DNA from: an uncultured Gammaproteobacteria bacterium
Lineage (GTDB): Bacteria; Patescibacteriota; Microgenomatia; Levybacterales; GWA1-39-11
Length of the DNA: 64,000 nucleotides
Reading direction: 5' to 3'
NCBI GenBank assembly: GCA_964448725.1
Contig: CAYVAJ010000004.1
Location: 17,535-81,534 of the forward strand
Part shown: piece by piece, positions 29,655 to 39,462 of the stretch
Numbering within the stretch: position 1 is the first letter of the stretch
How the letters are laid out: every line of letters begins with the position of its first letter
Notes under the pieces: generated by a model
The model's database searches: none
The model's input: the letters and a program-made list of their open reading frames with translations, nothing else
What the model was told of the DNA's origin: nothing
Made by a program: the position numbers and the translations under genes

Positions 29655-30020
29655 TATTTATTACTTATTATTTATTATTTAAACCTAAAAAGATTTTTTA
29701 TTATACGTAATACTTAGTTATTTATTATTTATTACTTATTATTGATTATTTATTATTGATGTTTAGTTTTTAAGCCTATTCGATATATGTTATTTAATAT
29801 TTTACCGTGAACTACGAACAGTGAACCGTGAACGCTATTTATTACTTATTATTGATAATCAATACTAACTCCCTAACTCCATATACTTTATAACTTTATG
29901 AACTTTACAAACTTTATAACTAAAACGACTTTATGAACTTTACAAACCTTAAGAACTTTACAAACCCTAATCCCTAGACTCTAACCCTATACCTTACGTC
30001 TTATACCCATCTCATCTCAT
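29655..30020. repeat. Mosaic of degenerate 7-9-bp tandem repeats
   Basis: (TTATTAY)n, (GTGAACN)n, AACTTTATG/AACTTTACA, (AACCCTA)n blocks. Confidence 0.75.
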
Positions 30021-30059
30021 TCTTGCAAACTACGCATGTTTCACGTATAATTACCTCTT

Positions 30060-30332
30060 ATGGATACACAATATAGAGTTGGAGACATTATTCAGGTTAG
30101 CCAAAAAATTGAAGAGGCAAAACGAAGCCGTGTTGTCACGTTTAAGGGCAAACTGATTAAGTCTCGTGGAAAAGACGAAAATCGTATGATTACGGTCCGT
30201 CAGCTCATTGATGGTGTATATGTTGACCGTATTTTTCCTGTAAACCTTCCAACAATTACTGATATTACTCTGGTTGAAAAGCCAAAGAAAGTTACCCGAA
30301 AGGCAAAACTTCTAAAACTACCTACAAAATAA
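30060..30332 (+). CDS. rplS: 50S ribosomal protein L19 (short, divergent)
   Basis: YRVGDII.V..KI.E...R...FKG...ITVRQ...GV.VDRIFP...RKAKL. Confidence 0.85.
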   Translation: MDTQYRVGDIIQVSQKIEEAKRSRVVTFKGKLIKSRGKDENRMITVRQLIDGVYVDRIFPVNLPTITDITLVEKPKKVTRKAKLLKLPTK

Positions 30333-30334
30333 TT

Positions 30335-30610
30335 ATGGAGCGACTAAAACCAAATGGAGTTTTATCTATTCAAGAAATAGATATCCCGCAAACTCAAGAT
30401 AATTTGATACTGGATACGCCTGAGAGTCTGAATTTAGACAATTTAGATTTATGGTGGGATATGTCAGTTGGACATTTAGATGATCCTGTACTACCTCTTG
30501 AGAACAGTAAGACACAAACTTCAGAGGTTGTCCTTATTGATACGACTTCAGAAGATACAAACTCATTTGATTATACTGTAGGACACCTGGACTTTCCTCC
30601 TCATAAATAA
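30335..30610 (+). CDS. Small acidic hypothetical protein with duplicated VGHLD motif
   Basis: ORF starts 2 nt after rplS; DMSVGHLDDP and DYTVGHLDFP. Confidence 0.6.
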   Translation: MERLKPNGVLSIQEIDIPQTQDNLILDTPESLNLDNLDLWWDMSVGHLDDPVLPLENSKTQTSEVVLIDTTSEDTNSFDYTVGHLDFPPHK

Positions 30611-30656
30611 TAATTTTCCTGTTTTACATTTATAAAATTTCAACTACACTAATACT

Positions 30657-31013
30657 GTGGCAAAGCATACTATTACCGGTAGAGTAGGCGAAACATATGC
30701 AGTCTCTTTTCTCATGCAACATAAATACAAAATAATATCTACTAATTTTCGCTCGAAATTTGGTGAAATTGATATTATTGCCAAAGATGGTAATCAGTTT
30801 GTGTTTGTTGAAGTAAAAACGCGTTCAAGTACAGTGTTTGGTACGCCTGCTGATGCAATAACTCCTAAAAAGCTTCAATTAGTAATAAAAGCAGCTGAAT
30901 ATTTTATCTTAGTGAATAATCACGTACAAAATTATCGGGTAGATGCAATTGAGGTATTTATGACCAGAAATACTGTCACCAGTATTAATCATATTAAAAA
31001 TATTACGTTCTAG
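30657..31013 (+). CDS. yraN: YraN/UPF0102 family nuclease
   Basis: G..GE..A..FL, NFRSKFGEIDIIA, FVEVKTR. Confidence 0.93.
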   Translation: MAKHTITGRVGETYAVSFLMQHKYKIISTNFRSKFGEIDIIAKDGNQFVFVEVKTRSSTVFGTPADAITPKKLQLVIKAAEYFILVNNHVQNYRVDAIEVFMTRNTVTSINHIKNITF

Positions 31014-31021
31014 TACCTTTC

Positions 31022-32530
31022 TTATAAATCATATAATGCAGTGTACTTTTCCGTGATATAAGTAAGGAAGTGAGAAGACGATAATTTTTCCCCTGTGGCT
31101 TTTTTTATCAAATCACTTGGTATATAGAGTGATCCGTACTGGTGAATTGTATTGCGCAACCATGCAAGTGGTTTTCCAAACTCTCCTTGTGAGAGCTGAG
31201 CTTCATAGTCAAATTCTTTTTTCATTGCTGTCCGAAGTTGTGCTGCATATAAATTCCCTAAGGTATAGGTAGGAAAGTAGCCGAATGAACCATACGACCA
31301 GTGTACATCTTGTAGTACTCCTTGGGTATCAGTTGGTGGCGTAATACCAAGATATTGTTTCATCTTTGTATTCCATGCTTCTGGCAACTGTTCTGGATCA
31401 AGTTTTCCTGAAATAAGTTCCTGTTCCAGTTCAAATCTGATGACAATATGCAGATTGTAAGTTACCTCATCAGCTTCAATACGAATAAAACCAGGTTTTA
31501 CATGATTAAAAAGCATAGTAATGGTATCTGCATCTGCTTTTTCTAATGAGGGGAAGAACGCATGGAGTAAAGGTGTGAGAAATCGAAGGAACTCAGGGTG
31601 TCGTCCTATTTGGTTTTCCCAAAATCGGGATTGTGACTCATGAATACCTAAAGAGACTCCGCCATCAAGCGGTGTATTTGCATACTCAGGATTTATTCCT
31701 TGCTCATAGAGCGCATGTCCCCCTTCATGAATAGATGCTGATAGCGCGTCGCGAAAATCATATGATTTATAGGCTGTAGTTATTCTAATATCATGATTAC
31801 CGAGCCCAGTGGTAAAAGGATGTGGTGATACATCTAATCTTCCAGAGGCAAAATTATATCCCATTTTTTTTAGAATGTAATGAGAAAGTTGCTCTTGCCG
31901 ATCTTGAGGGAAATTTGTCTTTTCCCCTACAAATCCAAGATTAGAGACATAATCTTTTTTATGAGTAATTGTTTTTATTAAGTGTGTGAGCGGTTTTTTA
32001 ATCTCAGTGAATAATGTATTGCACTCTTTTGTTGTTAATCCAGGTTCATAAAGATCAAGTAATGCATCATATGGGTTATCTTTATAGCCTAAGTGTTGCG
32101 CAAACATCTGATTAAGCCGAATTATTTTCTTGAGATGTGGCAAAAACTCTGAAAAATTATTATTTTGTTTTGCAGAGTTCCATGCCATAAATGCAACAGA
32201 AGTCTCTTTTGAAAATTCAATAATAAGCTCTTTGGGTATTCGTGAATAATACTTTAATGACTGTTCTAGATTACGAATAACAGCATGTTCTTCTACGCTT
32301 AAGCTTTTTTCTTTTTTTACTAAATCAATGAGTTCTTGCAACTGAGGATTTTGCCACTTCTCAGTGGTAAGTTGAGTCATATATGCTGATTGGTCAGCAC
32401 GGGTTTGTGCTGCATTTGCTGGAAGATTCACATTTAAATCCCAGTTGAGTGCAGAATTGATTGAGGAAATAAGAGCAATTTCATTGTAGTACTCAAGAAG
32501 TTGTTTTACCGATTTCTTTGATGAATGCAT
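31022..32530 (-). CDS. M32 carboxypeptidase
   Basis: HPF, DIRITT, HEGGHALYEQG, HESQSR, IRIEADE, QDVHWS.G.FGYFPTY. Confidence 0.96.
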   Translation of the reverse strand: MHSSKKSVKQLLEYYNEIALISSINSALNWDLNVNLPANAAQTRADQSAYMTQLTTEKWQNPQLQELIDLVKKEKSLSVEEHAVIRNLEQSLKYYSRIPKELIIEFSKETSVAFMAWNSAKQNNNFSEFLPHLKKIIRLNQMFAQHLGYKDNPYDALLDLYEPGLTTKECNTLFTEIKKPLTHLIKTITHKKDYVSNLGFVGEKTNFPQDRQEQLSHYILKKMGYNFASGRLDVSPHPFTTGLGNHDIRITTAYKSYDFRDALSASIHEGGHALYEQGINPEYANTPLDGGVSLGIHESQSRFWENQIGRHPEFLRFLTPLLHAFFPSLEKADADTITMLFNHVKPGFIRIEADEVTYNLHIVIRFELEQELISGKLDPEQLPEAWNTKMKQYLGITPPTDTQGVLQDVHWSYGSFGYFPTYTLGNLYAAQLRTAMKKEFDYEAQLSQGEFGKPLAWLRNTIHQYGSLYIPSDLIKKATGEKLSSSHFLTYITEKYTALYDL

Positions 32531-32678
32531 GAGATTTAGTATATCAAATCTTTCCTGTTTTATCAGAGAAGATTAAATAACCAATAACAACTGTCAAATA
32601 ATAATAAATTTTATTGAAATTTGATTTATGGATATTATTTGTAATTTGTTTTTGTAATTTGAATTTTTATACCAGTAT

Positions 32679-33860
32679 TTATGCCGATAAACTAGGTGGG
32701 CTTTTGTGATATGTTCTCTTTGTATACTTTATAAATTGTTTTTCAGCCAGCGCTATTGCATCATTGATACTGTCTATATAATCCCTGCCTTCTGCAGTGA
32801 CTATGACATTGTTACCGGGTATATCAAGCTGCATGCTCGTTTTAAAGACTGCAACTTTTTGATTTGCGTATTTTTGCTCATCTATAGCTATTTCTACTTT
32901 CATAATATCGCGAATTTTTGATAATTTTTTAACCATAATCTCAATCTTTTCCTGTGCTTTTTCGATTTGTCGATCAGTAACAGTACCATTTGGTTTTTCA
33001 AATACAATCGGTATATCAACGTCTGGTTCAAATGTGGCAAGACAATGTAAGATATTCTTCAGTGAAACTATACTTGTTGGATGATTCAGTGCATCTACAA
33101 TTACCAGACTTCTTTGATCAGACTGTATTAATGTATTGAGGATTTCTCTCGTGCTTTTATCATCTGATATGGTAAATACATTTGTCTGAGCGTATCGGGA
33201 TATTGGGTCATCTATTCGGTATATTTCCTCATCATCAAAAATATGATTCTTCTCGGTCTCTGTAATACCTCTATACCGTGGGCGATGAATTGGTCTAAGA
33301 AATGCTGTCTTTATGTCAGATCTCGTAACTATACCCCTTACTTTATCATGTGAGTCTGTTAGGACTATACGAGAAATTCCTTTTGTCCGTAAGAGTTTGA
33401 AAATATCTTTCACTGTTCCTTCAGAAGGGTGAGTAGTTACAGGTGGAATTTCAATACACTCTACTAGATAGGTAGATATCATTGGATCATGAATCAATTG
33501 GCGCATAATATCTACTACATGGACAATTCCTGCAATATCTCCTTTATCATCAAGAATCGGAAGTTCATAGAGTCGAGTATCTAACATTGCACGCAGTACA
33601 TCGAATAATGAAGATTCTTTTGTGAGATTTGGGGTCTGAAGTAGCTCTGAAATTACTTTCTTAGTATATGGTGCATGGTAATTATGATAAATCGCATGAT
33701 AGGCAGATATCACCCCTTTGTAGTGTTTATTATCAAATACGTAAATTGGTTTATGAGAGCTTTTGGTATATTCCAGGACTTGTCCAAGTGTTTTGTCAGG
33801 AGAGGCAATTGGTTTATCTTCAAAAGGTTTTATAAATTGTTCTATTGAATACCTTGCCAT
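32679..33860 (-). CDS. Four-CBS-domain protein fused to a C-terminal HPF/RaiA-like domain
   Basis: CBS patterns YKGVIS, LPILDDKGDIAGIV, IVLTDSHDKVRGIVTRSDI, LVIVD..PTSIVS; C-terminal VTAEGRDYIDSINDAIALAEKQFIKY resembles the HPF end helix. Confidence 0.75.
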   Translation of the reverse strand: MARYSIEQFIKPFEDKPIASPDKTLGQVLEYTKSSHKPIYVFDNKHYKGVISAYHAIYHNYHAPYTKKVISELLQTPNLTKESSLFDVLRAMLDTRLYELPILDDKGDIAGIVHVVDIMRQLIHDPMISTYLVECIEIPPVTTHPSEGTVKDIFKLLRTKGISRIVLTDSHDKVRGIVTRSDIKTAFLRPIHRPRYRGITETEKNHIFDDEEIYRIDDPISRYAQTNVFTISDDKSTREILNTLIQSDQRSLVIVDALNHPTSIVSLKNILHCLATFEPDVDIPIVFEKPNGTVTDRQIEKAQEKIEIMVKKLSKIRDIMKVEIAIDEQKYANQKVAVFKTSMQLDIPGNNVIVTAEGRDYIDSINDAIALAEKQFIKYTKRTYHKSPPSLSA

Positions 33861-33980
33861 GTGATTATATTCTAATTGTTATTTGCAATAGAACATTACA
33901 GATATCGTAAGATTATTGTAAGTATCAACATATAATTACATATCGCTATTTCTTTACTCAATACATTAAATGGTATAATA

Positions 33981-34463
33981 ATGGCTATGAAATCAAGACG
34001 GCCAGTCCAACAGCCTGAGCAAATATCATTTACAAAAGAAGGATATAAAAAAATCCAACAAGAGCTTGCAGAATTACAATCATCACGCAAAGGTGCAGTA
34101 GAGACTTTATCAGCTGCACGTGCATTAGGTGATCTATCAGAGAATGGGTTATATACTGCTGCAAAATCAAGGCTTCGTTCAATCGATTCTGAAATTAATC
34201 GACGTAAGTACTATCTAAAAGTAGGAGTTGTTGAAGAAGGGAGTGCTTCTAGAGTAAGTATTGGCACAACAGTAGTGGTTGATGATGGTAAAAAAGAGCG
34301 TACATTTCAAATTGTTGGTGATACAGAATCAGATCCATTGAATGGTAAAATAACCAAGAAGTCACCTATCGGGAGTGCATTGTTGGGAAAAAAAGTAGGA
34401 GAATCAGCATCTGTTTCCACACCTTCAGGCAGTATTGATTTTACAATTCGTACAATTTCGTAA
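33981..34463 (+). CDS. greA: Transcription elongation factor GreA (start may be 33987)
   Basis: TKEGY, ARALGDLSENGLY, SPIGSALLGKKVGE. Confidence 0.92.
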   Translation: MAMKSRRPVQQPEQISFTKEGYKKIQQELAELQSSRKGAVETLSAARALGDLSENGLYTAAKSRLRSIDSEINRRKYYLKVGVVEEGSASRVSIGTTVVVDDGKKERTFQIVGDTESDPLNGKITKKSPIGSALLGKKVGESASVSTPSGSIDFTIRTIS

Positions 34464-34820
34464 ATGGAACAAGAAGCATCAAAACAACAGAAAAAAGACG
34501 ATACACTAATTGGATTATTGGTTGTCGGGGCAATACTACTTGGAGTAATTGGATTTGTGTATCTGCTTTCAGTACAACAAAAAAGCGGGGAGTGTGAGAC
34601 ACAATACAATCCTGATGGTACTGTCCGTGTAGGATGCTCACCCATAGACTCACTTGTTTCCCCTTCACCTGCAGGATCAGTCGAGTTACTCGATCAGCTC
34701 AATAAAAACTCAGTCTCTGAAGTAGATAAAAAATTACAAGAAGCAGCGCAAGATCTCCAGCGAAGACAAAATCAACGTACACAACAGCAGCAACCACAGG
34801 TTCCTCAGATTCCTCGCTAA
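34464..34820 (+). CDS. Hypothetical single-TM protein
   Basis: Abuts the greA stop; one hydrophobic helix; Q-rich tail. Confidence 0.7.
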   Translation: MEQEASKQQKKDDTLIGLLVVGAILLGVIGFVYLLSVQQKSGECETQYNPDGTVRVGCSPIDSLVSPSPAGSVELLDQLNKNSVSEVDKKLQEAAQDLQRRQNQRTQQQQPQVPQIPR

Positions 34821-35140
34821 TCATAATCTTTTTTAAAAGTAGTGAGAATTGCAAGAATTTTTTCTTCAGATGCCCCACGTCTAAAGTAATCAGATGCGAT
34901 CACCATAAGTTGATAATGGGTCTCAGATAATTGTTCGCGCTCGCTCATATATTCACCACTTACAGTTGTTTTTTGATCATAGCCAGTAATTGGGTAATGG
35001 ATATGGTTTAAAATCCAGGTTATGACCGACTTTGGCACAAAAATTTCGTGTATAATATTTCGTTTATGATACATTGCTATATTTCTCATGATACATTTAT
35101 ACAATGTCTTCGTAAAATGAATAGTAAGAAACGGTAACAA
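34817..35140 (-). CDS. Hypothetical protein (true start probably downstream, near 35089 or 35074)
   Basis: ORF only. Confidence 0.45.
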   Translation of the reverse strand: MLPFLTIHFTKTLYKCIMRNIAMYHKRNIIHEIFVPKSVITWILNHIHYPITGYDQKTTVSGEYMSEREQLSETHYQLMVIASDYFRRGASEEKILAILTTFKKDYD

Positions 35141-35190
35141 TTTTGCGTGAAAGAAGGCAATAATTCCAGATATAAAGTTCGTTATGATAT

Positions 35191-36342
35191 TTATACGTGT
35201 GGTAACAATATTTCTTTTGAGGGGGGAATAGTAATGGTAGTGTCTTTGGTAAGGGTACCTGATGTATTGTGTGAGTTATGAACTCTTTTAGATAACTCAC
35301 GAATTATTATACGAATGAGTTGTTTTTTTAATTTAATATTTTCAGGTAACTCAGGATGCCAATCAATTCCAGGATTAATATTTCCTTCAAGAATATATAC
35401 ATTCTTTGAGTTACTCACAATAAAATCGAGTGTATAAAGAGCATTTTTTCTATTTAATTTTTTAACAATTGATTGAGAAACTTTGAGTACATTTGAAGGA
35501 ATATCTTTATTTGTAATAAGTATTTCTCCATTGCCATCATTACAAAGGAAACTATCGTTTTGTGCTACACGGATATATGTCTGTACAATTCTGTTTCCTA
35601 AATAAATGATTCTAATTTCAGTGAAATTTCGATAGTTTTTATAATTATATCCCGAATTAAAATATACAAATGGTTGAATTACAAATGACTTGTCTTTGTT
35701 TGCTGCAAGTATTTTATAAATTTTAGAACTATAGTCTTGATCAATTTTGAAAACAGACATTCCTCCGGATCCATATTTATCTTTTAAGATAATAGATTTA
35801 GAAAAATCTTGTTTATGAGGATGGGTACTGATAAGTTCGTGAAGTTGATCAATAGCTGCACATACATCTTCCAATGTATTATTTTGGATGCTTACTGTCG
35901 GAATTGAGTATTCAGAAAGAAAATCATATGTTTTTTGTTTATCTGAAAAAAGTTCATAAAGGAAAGAATTAGAAAAGGGTACAATGTTTGAAGATGAAAA
36001 AAGTTTTTCTCTATTAAATTTTTGGACTGTATTTATAGGAGCAAATTTGTCAAATATGTGCTGAGAAAAACATTTACGTTGGACTGGAATCCACGTATTG
36101 TTCTCAAATAACCAATAACTTCTGCATTTGCCAGCACCTGTAATGTCTGCTGAGGTTGTTAGTGCAGCAGTTATATTATTTTTTTTACATTCTTCGATAA
36201 AAAATCCGTATACAGTGTTATATATTGATTGGTCAGAAACAGGTGAGAAAGGGAGTAGAGGTTCATTAATTATGGTAGATGCACTTCTTGCGATTTTGTG
36301 GGAATACACAACCAGTACATCAAAGATGTCTGTGTTTTTCAT
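35191..36342 (-). CDS. ATP-grasp fold protein (RimK/YheC-like)
   Basis: DKQKTY..L....IPT, IILKDKYGSGGMSV, FVIQPFV, EIRI, LDFIV...YILEGNINPG. Confidence 0.8.
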   Translation of the reverse strand: MKNTDIFDVLVVYSHKIARSASTIINEPLLPFSPVSDQSIYNTVYGFFIEECKKNNITAALTTSADITGAGKCRSYWLFENNTWIPVQRKCFSQHIFDKFAPINTVQKFNREKLFSSSNIVPFSNSFLYELFSDKQKTYDFLSEYSIPTVSIQNNTLEDVCAAIDQLHELISTHPHKQDFSKSIILKDKYGSGGMSVFKIDQDYSSKIYKILAANKDKSFVIQPFVYFNSGYNYKNYRNFTEIRIIYLGNRIVQTYIRVAQNDSFLCNDGNGEILITNKDIPSNVLKVSQSIVKKLNRKNALYTLDFIVSNSKNVYILEGNINPGIDWHPELPENIKLKKQLIRIIIRELSKRVHNSHNTSGTLTKDTTITIPPSKEILLPHV

Positions 36343-36576
36343 AAATACGTAAATTACAGTTGTAAAGTACTCTTACATTATACCTTGTTACGTTTAAAAT
36401 TGCCAATTTAGCCATATCTAGGATCAATTTTACAGGAGAAAATTCTTAGATTGACGTTATAGAGTTTGAAAAACTGAATGTTTATTCTATAAAAATTCAA
36501 GTATCAATTAGTACAAAATTTATTGTACAATTGTTGCAATTAGAGGAATAGTATTGTTTGCATTTTTCAGTACATT

Positions 36577-36888
36577 TTAATTTAATAGGTTCTCATCTTC
36601 ATTAGTATCATCAAGAATTGAAGTCGGTGATACTTCTGGGCTGATAGTACTCTCTCTTTCAGATTCTGTTGGTGAAAGAGTTGGTGTTATTGTTGGAGTA
36701 GGCGTTGCTCTTTCCTCTGCATCAAATGGACCACTTCCCACACCTGGTTCTGCTTGATAATTTATATTTTGTGTAAGGGCATCATTCGCAAACCAGCCCA
36801 TTATAAAGAACAGTGGTAGTAATAAAACCCATATCCATCCAGTGTTTCTTCTCGTAGATCTTGTAGTTGTATGTCGTTCATTATCCAT
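36577..36888 (-). CDS. Small single-TM protein with PT-rich tail
   Basis: RBS GAGGTG; TM WIWVLLLPLFFIMGWF. Confidence 0.7.
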   Translation of the reverse strand: MDNERHTTTRSTRRNTGWIWVLLLPLFFIMGWFANDALTQNINYQAEPGVGSGPFDAEERATPTPTITPTLSPTESERESTISPEVSPTSILDDTNEDENLLN

Positions 36889-37000
36889 ATACTTCACCTC
36901 CAATTCTCATTGATGCACAGGTTAAAGCATACAAATTAGGGAGAGGAAAAAATAGAGTAATAAAAGAGTGAGAATAAATAATTATAAGAAAAAATTCCAA

Positions 37001-37140
37001 GAAAAAAGCACCTTGGGGTAATAGAGAATAGATAACCCAAGTGACTTTTTTCTGCTGCTTATGCAGCGAAGCTCCATAGGCGTATCTTCCTCTTCACATC
37101 AAACGTGTTTGACCTTACGGTGCTTTATAGTATTGAGCGG
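37001..37140 (-). ncRNA. Putative structured RNA element, copy 1
   Basis: Shares GAAAAAAGCACCTTGGGGTA, CCATAGGC, CCTTACGGTGCTT and hairpins with 41185-41311; strand inferred from the U-tail and the upstream gene. Confidence 0.55.
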
Positions 37141-37332
37141 TTAGTTATCTGAGTCATGTGTGTTTCCATGCACGGTATTCGCGACTAGCAGCCACGTTGC
37201 AACGATGAAAAACACAATGACAAGGACAAACGCCCACTGACCAATACTTGCAAACCATCCCATTAACCCTATCCAAAACAGGGTAAGGAGGATTCCGCGT
37301 CTCAGATCACGCCGTTCCGGAATGTATCGCAT
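37141..37332 (-). CDS. Small two-TM hydrophobic protein
   Basis: RBS AGGAGG; two hydrophobic stretches. Confidence 0.7.
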   Translation of the reverse strand: MRYIPERRDLRRGILLTLFWIGLMGWFASIGQWAFVLVIVFFIVATWLLVANTVHGNTHDSDN

Positions 37333-37523
37333 GGTGTCCCTCCTTGTTCTTTTGCGAGATATCTACCTGCTTAATAAAGATAATGAGTTGATACGTACGA
37401 AGACTGATTTCGCACGCATCTTTCTCATAACCTTTTAAGTGATACTATTTAAAGTGCGAAATTCAGTATTTATATATGCAGAAAATAGTGTATCTATATA
37501 CAGTATAGCATAGTGAATAGAAT

Positions 37524-37548
37524 AGGCGCCGTGTACTGCACGGCGCCT
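37524..37548 (-). terminator. GC-rich hairpin after orphan gene
   Basis: AGGCGCCGTG-TACTG-CACGGCGCCT. Confidence 0.65.
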
Positions 37549-37566
37549 GAAAATTTTGCTCAGTAG

Positions 37567-38154
37567 TTAGCTAATACGTGCTCTGTGAATCATTGTTACT
37601 GTGATGACACCACGTTCACTCGTTAGCTCATCGAGCAACTCAAGATTTAGTCGATGTTGTTTGCACACACCGACTTTAACTTGACCATTGTCGGGTTCTA
37701 ACATGGGATAGGTATAGGCTGCACCGTATCCGAACATTTCTACAATCCGCTCACCGGCTTCTTTGCACTGAACATGTGCTGAGAGATTGATGCGAAGTTC
37801 AGTTGAACCTCCGCAGACAAAACACCCGGGTGTTGTATCGATACCAATGCCTCGTGAATGGAAATATTCTCCTCCTTGTTCAGGACGTATGTCAGGACGT
37901 CCATGACACGGTATGCCTCTCCGAGGATGGATTGATAACTTAGGATAGTATCCTCCCCGAAATCCAATAGCAGACTGCGTTGTCCCATCTGTGAGTATTG
38001 CGTAGTCACCGTCACATTCACCGCAAATTCGCAGTTCTGTTCCCAGACTTGCAACTGGAGAGAATGAAGACCTAAAACCGCAATAAGGACAACCGAATTG
38101 TTCAGCCTCCTTAATGCTGATAGCAACAGGGATATAGCGTACCGTATTATTCAC
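37567..38154 (-). CDS. Hypothetical Cys-rich (zinc-ribbon-like) protein
   Basis: RBS GAGGAG; CPYC, CGEC, CFVC, CKQH. Confidence 0.7.
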   Translation of the reverse strand: MNNTVRYIPVAISIKEAEQFGCPYCGFRSSFSPVASLGTELRICGECDGDYAILTDGTTQSAIGFRGGYYPKLSIHPRRGIPCHGRPDIRPEQGGEYFHSRGIGIDTTPGCFVCGGSTELRINLSAHVQCKEAGERIVEMFGYGAAYTYPMLEPDNGQVKVGVCKQHRLNLELLDELTSERGVITVTMIHRARIS

Positions 38155-38337
38155 GGGATTCTCCTCATGGTTAGGAACCTATGCCACCAGTTGATGGCGC
38201 ATTATGTACCATAACAATACACAAAGCGCCATCAACTAAATGATTAAATTTCATGATCTGTAAATGTACAATAACAATCGAGTATGAGTGTACTAAGTAG
38301 AATTTGAGTGAATTATACCAAAACGGGTGCCAAGGCA

Positions 38338-38973
38338 TTATCGCATATTTTCTACTGTCCGAAGAAGTATAACTGCAGCTTTTCTTACAACCCCTCGCGG
38401 GCTCTTTTCATACATACGTGCTAGTATATATATCTCATCAGCTAAATTGGAATCAATTTCAACAATATTTTGTAAACCTTTTAAAATACGTGCTGCTTGC
38501 TTTTCTCCCCATACCTCTAGAATTCGTTTGAGTAATGGTAATGTTTCGTGCGCTGCGTTGATGCTAGATTTTGCATAGTTGCATATCACAACTACTGAAT
38601 TATCACGGACAATTGTACTGGTATCAGATAATGCCATGCGCTGAAATTGAGAGAGAAGGGGTTTTACTTGATCAGGAATCATATGCGCGATAAGTCCAAT
38701 CGCATGTGTTACTTCCCAACGTACACGAGTATTTTTGTGCATAAGTAATGATAATAATTGGTTGGTGTAAGGAACAATTAATGCAGGATTTGATTCTGCA
38801 ACTTTTGTAAATATTTCAGCACAATCACCTATAATGGCAACATCAGAGGAGGAGAGGTGTTTTGCGATATCTTGAAGGGATGCAGGGTGGGCAAGACAAT
38901 ATTCGGCAACTTTTCTATTAGATTCTTCTGTCTTATCACCTATTTCGGATGATAATTGACTAATAATATCCAT
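38338..38973 (-). CDS. HEAT/ARM-repeat protein (DNA alkylation repair-like family possible)
   Basis: All-helical pattern; NTRVRWE, STIVRDN repeats. Confidence 0.7.
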   Translation of the reverse strand: MDIISQLSSEIGDKTEESNRKVAEYCLAHPASLQDIAKHLSSSDVAIIGDCAEIFTKVAESNPALIVPYTNQLLSLLMHKNTRVRWEVTHAIGLIAHMIPDQVKPLLSQFQRMALSDTSTIVRDNSVVVICNYAKSSINAAHETLPLLKRILEVWGEKQAARILKGLQNIVEIDSNLADEIYILARMYEKSPRGVVRKAAVILLRTVENMR

Positions 38974-38974
38974 G

Positions 38975-39394
38975 TTACTTTTCTCTTTGTTTCATATATT
39001 GAAATGAAGACTTGATTAATTTCTTGAGGACAGCAGGATCGACATCAGAAAGACGTTTTATATAAACACAGCCTACGCTTGTTTTATGTTTGCCAAGATT
39101 TTTAAATAAATCATGGTTGTTTTCATTTCCTGCCATGATATATAGTGTTAAATTCTGCTTTCGTGGAGAAAATCCAATAAGCGGCCAGTCACCTTCCTGA
39201 GCGCTTCGTTCTGATTTATAATGATATTTTCCAAATCCAACAATACTTGTTCCCCACATTACTGCCTTTTCTCCTGTAATTTCTTGAAACATTTCCAGAA
39301 GCGTGAAGCTATCGCGTTGTTTTTCTTCTGGTTCTACTTTTTCTAGAAACTCAGTAACACTTTCAGTTGTCGCCTTTGTCTTTAACTCTGCCAT
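38975..39394 (-). CDS. DUF1801 (YdhG-like) protein
   Basis: MWGTSIVGFGKYHYKS, GFSPRKQNLTLY, LGKHKTSVGCVYIKRL. Confidence 0.9.
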   Translation of the reverse strand: MAELKTKATTESVTEFLEKVEPEEKQRDSFTLLEMFQEITGEKAVMWGTSIVGFGKYHYKSERSAQEGDWPLIGFSPRKQNLTLYIMAGNENNHDLFKNLGKHKTSVGCVYIKRLSDVDPAVLKKLIKSSFQYMKQREK

Positions 39395-39462
39395 ATCGTA
39401 ATGTTAATTATATAAAAAAAGAGAACAGAAAATATAAGATGTTTCTATGATTTGTATATATA

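Noticed and set aside
29655-30020. CRISPR array or replication origin
   Set aside because: No constant repeat with unique spacers, no cas genes, and no TTATCCACA-type boxes seen.
37740-38126. 128-aa alternative-frame ORF overlapping the Cys-rich gene
   Set aside because: No RBS or motif; the 195-aa frame has the RBS and paired cysteines.
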